DNA of 64,000 nucleotides from a virus (Duplodnaviria; Heunggongvirae; Uroviricota; Caudoviricetes): IMG/VR virus record IMGVR_UViG_2850796239_000011, positions 1 to 64,000 of that record; one strand, 5' to 3'. Shown piece by piece: positions 61,362 to 64,000 of this stretch (position 1 is its first letter; each line of letters starts with the position of its first letter). The notes under the pieces were generated by a model. It saw only the letters and a program-made list of their open reading frames with translations, ran no database searches and was not told where the DNA came from. The position numbers and the translations under genes were made by a program.

Positions 61362-62699
61362 TCAGTAACCTCGTTTCAGTTTTGCACCGGGGAAATCTGC
61401 CGCAAACGTCGATGCGCTGGCCTGATCCATCGCCACACGAGGAGAGGATTTGGCCGTCTGCTTCTGCTCAACGGCAAACTTCACCATGCTGCGGTACGCA
61501 CCGGGGTGAATACCCTGAATATCGATCCCCGTCTGTTCCAGCGCGGTACGGTAAACATCTTCGGCGCAGTCCATCGCCACCACATCGCCAATCAGCGGTC
61601 GCACTTCAGCTTCAGCCACACGGACGGCGCGGAAATTTTCAGCAGCCCGTTTCGTTGCCTGGTCAGTTGCCAGCCTGATTGCTGCATCCATCGCAGGTTT
61701 ATCGACTTTCACATCGTCGGGTTTCACATCAGCCTCTTTTGTTTCGGGGGCTTCGTCGGTTGTCGGAGACAGTGCGGATTTAATTTTTTCCAGCACATCA
61801 TCAGGAACTTTGCCGGACAGCAACGCCAGTACACTTTCCATCGGGCTGTCGGTATCAAATGCCTTCGACTCGTCAGTTAACCCGGTATCATCATCCCCGA
61901 CCAGCTCCGGTACGGCTTCTGCTGATTCCATCAGTTGCGCCAGCTCCGCCGGTTCAATATCCATATCCTGTGCCAGCCGTTCGCTGTAAGCAGTTTTTAC
62001 CGCGCTGGCGATAGCTGCCGGACGCTTATACTGTAACAAATCCCCGGGAGCCGCATCCTGCGCCAGACGCGGCGCAAGATAGGTTCCCAGCGCGGTAAGC
62101 ACCGCCACTTCTTTTTTACTCAGTTTCATGCGTTTTAGCTCCTGAGGGAGAGAGTCCATAACAAGACAGTCCGACCCTACCCGGCCATCGCCGACCAGGG
62201 CCACATGATTTCCCACGATATTCCGCATAACGCCGTCATACGGCTCACCGTCGGGGGTGGTTCCCGGCGTCATATCTGCCACATAGGCATATGACGATGA
62301 GATTTCCCGTTGTTCATCCGTTTCTATCCCCGCGATGGCGGAGTTGTCCCAGATGGACATGCCGTTAACCAGATAGGTACCGTCAAACTCGCTGTTGGCA
62401 TGAGTCGTCCCCACCCGGTACTCGCGCGCGGGCGCGCCCGGATAATCGGGTTTGTGTCGGCACAGGACGGGAATATTGTTGAAGGTTGAAACTGCCTTGC
62501 GCAGTTCATCGGGGTCACGGTAAAGCTGATAAAGTTTTTTGGGGTCGAGTCCCAGCGCTTCCGCCCCCGGTATTTCATACCCGAAATAACCGCAGACGTT
62601 CGCCTTGCTGAGATTACTGCGCTCAATCTGGAGGCGACCGACTTTATCGAACTGCCTTACCGATGCCCGGTCAAACGCCAGCATTTCGGTAATAATCAT
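61362..62699 (-). CDS. Prohead protease/scaffold protein (Mu gpI-like, putative)
   Basis: ORF trimmed to '[19 protein letters not shown]'; acidic scaffold-like C-terminal half. Confidence 0.55.
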   Translation of the reverse strand: MIITEMLAFDRASVRQFDKVGRLQIERSNLSKANVCGYFGYEIPGAEALGLDPKKLYQLYRDPDELRKAVSTFNNIPVLCRHKPDYPGAPAREYRVGTTHANSEFDGTYLVNGMSIWDNSAIAGIETDEQREISSSYAYVADMTPGTTPDGEPYDGVMRNIVGNHVALVGDGRVGSDCLVMDSLPQELKRMKLSKKEVAVLTALGTYLAPRLAQDAAPGDLLQYKRPAAIASAVKTAYSERLAQDMDIEPAELAQLMESAEAVPELVGDDDTGLTDESKAFDTDSPMESVLALLSGKVPDDVLEKIKSALSPTTDEAPETKEADVKPDDVKVDKPAMDAAIRLATDQATKRAAENFRAVRVAEAEVRPLIGDVVAMDCAEDVYRTALEQTGIDIQGIHPGAYRSMVKFAVEQKQTAKSSPRVAMDQASASTFAADFPGAKLKRGY

Positions 62700-63516
62700 T
62701 TTTTCTCCAGTCCGGGAATAACGGCCTCCCAGCCACACCGGCAGTTGATTTCTTCGCCCGGCAGTACCCACTTACCATCCAGAAACATCCCCTTTCGCAG
62801 GTCAAACCGTTTACCGTTCGCCTTCACATGCGACGGACGCCATGTTTTACCCGCGCGGGAATGCCTCCAGACACCTTCAGTGATACCCACCGAACGCTGT
62901 CTGGCGGCCTGCATTACCGACGTTGCCTTATTGTTCTGGTCGCGGGCAATCAGCGCCGCGCGCCGTCGTGTGATGCCGTAACGTTTTTCCAGTTCATCGG
63001 TCAGCGTTTTCAGGTCACGTCCCCGGCCAACAGACTGCATGACCAGTGTTTCCACCTGGGTGAGATGTTGCTGCGGGATGGAGCGAATGAGGTTCACATT
63101 CTCCGTGATGCTGGCCTGAAGTGCGGTATTCATCTCCGTTGTCATACGGAAAGGAACCGTAAACCCGGCATCACGGAGCGCAGTGTACAGTGACGCATCG
63201 CTGTTTTTCAGGACATCACCGGCAAACCGCCTCGCCAGCCGCAGGGCCATTTCGTCAAAATTTTTCTGCCAGCGCCGGGCAAGTTGCTGCATGGCACCAC
63301 GCATCAGGTTAACGGGGACGCATCCTGCGCGAGGTCTGTTTTACGGTACTCAGCCCGCAGCCAGTAAAGTACACTGTTGTGCATCCCACTGACGGCATTA
63401 TCCAGTTGTCTGCGGTACCAGGCCTCAATCCCCGCGTTGGGTGAAATCCGCCTCAGGGTCTGCATTCGGGCCTTGCGGCGGATTTTCTTCGGTGTTGTCA
63501 ATTTCAGTGTCGTCAA
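62696..63516 (-). pseudogene. Mu F-like head morphogenesis protein, frame broken at a homopolymer
   Basis: 70-aa N-terminal ORF ('GIEAWYRRQLDNAVSGMHNSVLYW') and 202-aa C-terminal ORF abut; restored if the G4 run at 63314-63317 were G5. Confidence 0.6.
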
Positions 63517-64000
63517 TTTCGATGTCCCCGCTCAGGTCAATACCGCTGTACGGGCTGTCCTGCGCAGTCGCCAGCCGTTCGCGTACTTCGTTATTGGTCA
63601 CTGCTCCGGTGCTCTCATAAATCTGATCCGTTTCCGCCTCAGTTTTACGGATATTCGCCAGTTGCTCTCGCGTCAGTTCATGCAGGGGTTCAAATTCAAA
63701 CGTGATATCAGGATCGATATCGCCGAACTCAGACAACTGGATAATATCCAGCACCTTTTTCAGCGGTTTCTTCAGAAGACGGGTGGCAAGTGCAGCAATG
63801 GTGTCGTAAAACACCCGGATTTCACCCTCACTCGACGCATTCAGTCCCGTTGGGCTCAGCCCGGCGAATTTTACGGACGGTATGGCACTGACAAAGAACA
63901 TGTGTTCCTGTGCCTGCGCCTGAAGGGTGTCGAGGCCGCTCAGGGGAGTGTTGAACTGGAAAAACTCTTCGTTCGTCTTGTCCAGCATCAGCAGCCCGCG
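63425..64000 (-). CDS. Portal protein C-terminal part (extends beyond the window)
   Basis: ORF open to the window edge; acidic C-terminus; position before the F-like gene. Confidence 0.5.
   Translation of the reverse strand, partial: RGLLMLDKTNEEFFQFNTPLSGLDTLQAQAQEHMFFVSAIPSVKFAGLSPTGLNASSEGEIRVFYDTIAALATRLLKKPLKKVLDIIQLSEFGDIDPDITFEFEPLHELTREQLANIRKTEAETDQIYESTGAVTNNEVRERLATAQDSPYSGIDLSGDIEIDDTEIDNTEENPPQGPNADPEADFTQRGD

Noticed and set aside
1-64000. CRISPR arrays
   Set aside because: No regularly spaced short direct repeats seen; the only regular repeats are the initiator iterons and IS inverted repeats

Overview
Enterobacterial accessory DNA, most likely Shigella/EIEC because a chromosomal ipaH effector gene is present. 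The window holds three blocks. (1) 1-2900: the 3' part of a ybcL-like PEBP gene, a transposase remnant, and ipaH with a MxiE-box-like motif upstream. (2) ~2900-47900: a near-complete lambdoid siphovirus prophage in reverse orientation (tfa, stf, lom, J, I, K, L, M, tape measure, G/GT, V, U, Z, protease-capsid, portal, W, terminase, cos, Rz/Rz1, SAR endolysin, pinholin, tRNA-Ile2(CAU), tR', Q, RusA, DnaB, DnaC, O-like initiator with iterons, two Rha genes, cro-like, cI, early-left genes, xis, int), interrupted by two IS600 copies and one IS629. (3) 47978-64000: a remnant of a second, myovirus-type prophage (baseplate, interrupted tape measure carrying an IS5-family element, chaperone pair with -1 frameshift, tube, sheath, G-like, lambda-E-like capsid, protease/scaffold, Mu-F-like, portal C-terminus) that ends abruptly at the lambdoid int/att end. 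Candidate novel cargo: a plus-strand toxin-antitoxin-like pair between the Rha genes, an insertion splitting the holin from the endolysin, an AT-rich ORF at the Q-S cargo locus, and uncharacterised early-left genes. Eight single-base indels in G/C homopolymers break phage and IS genes; this looks like either sequencing error or real decay. All calls are from reading the sequence and ORF track by eye; no searches were run.
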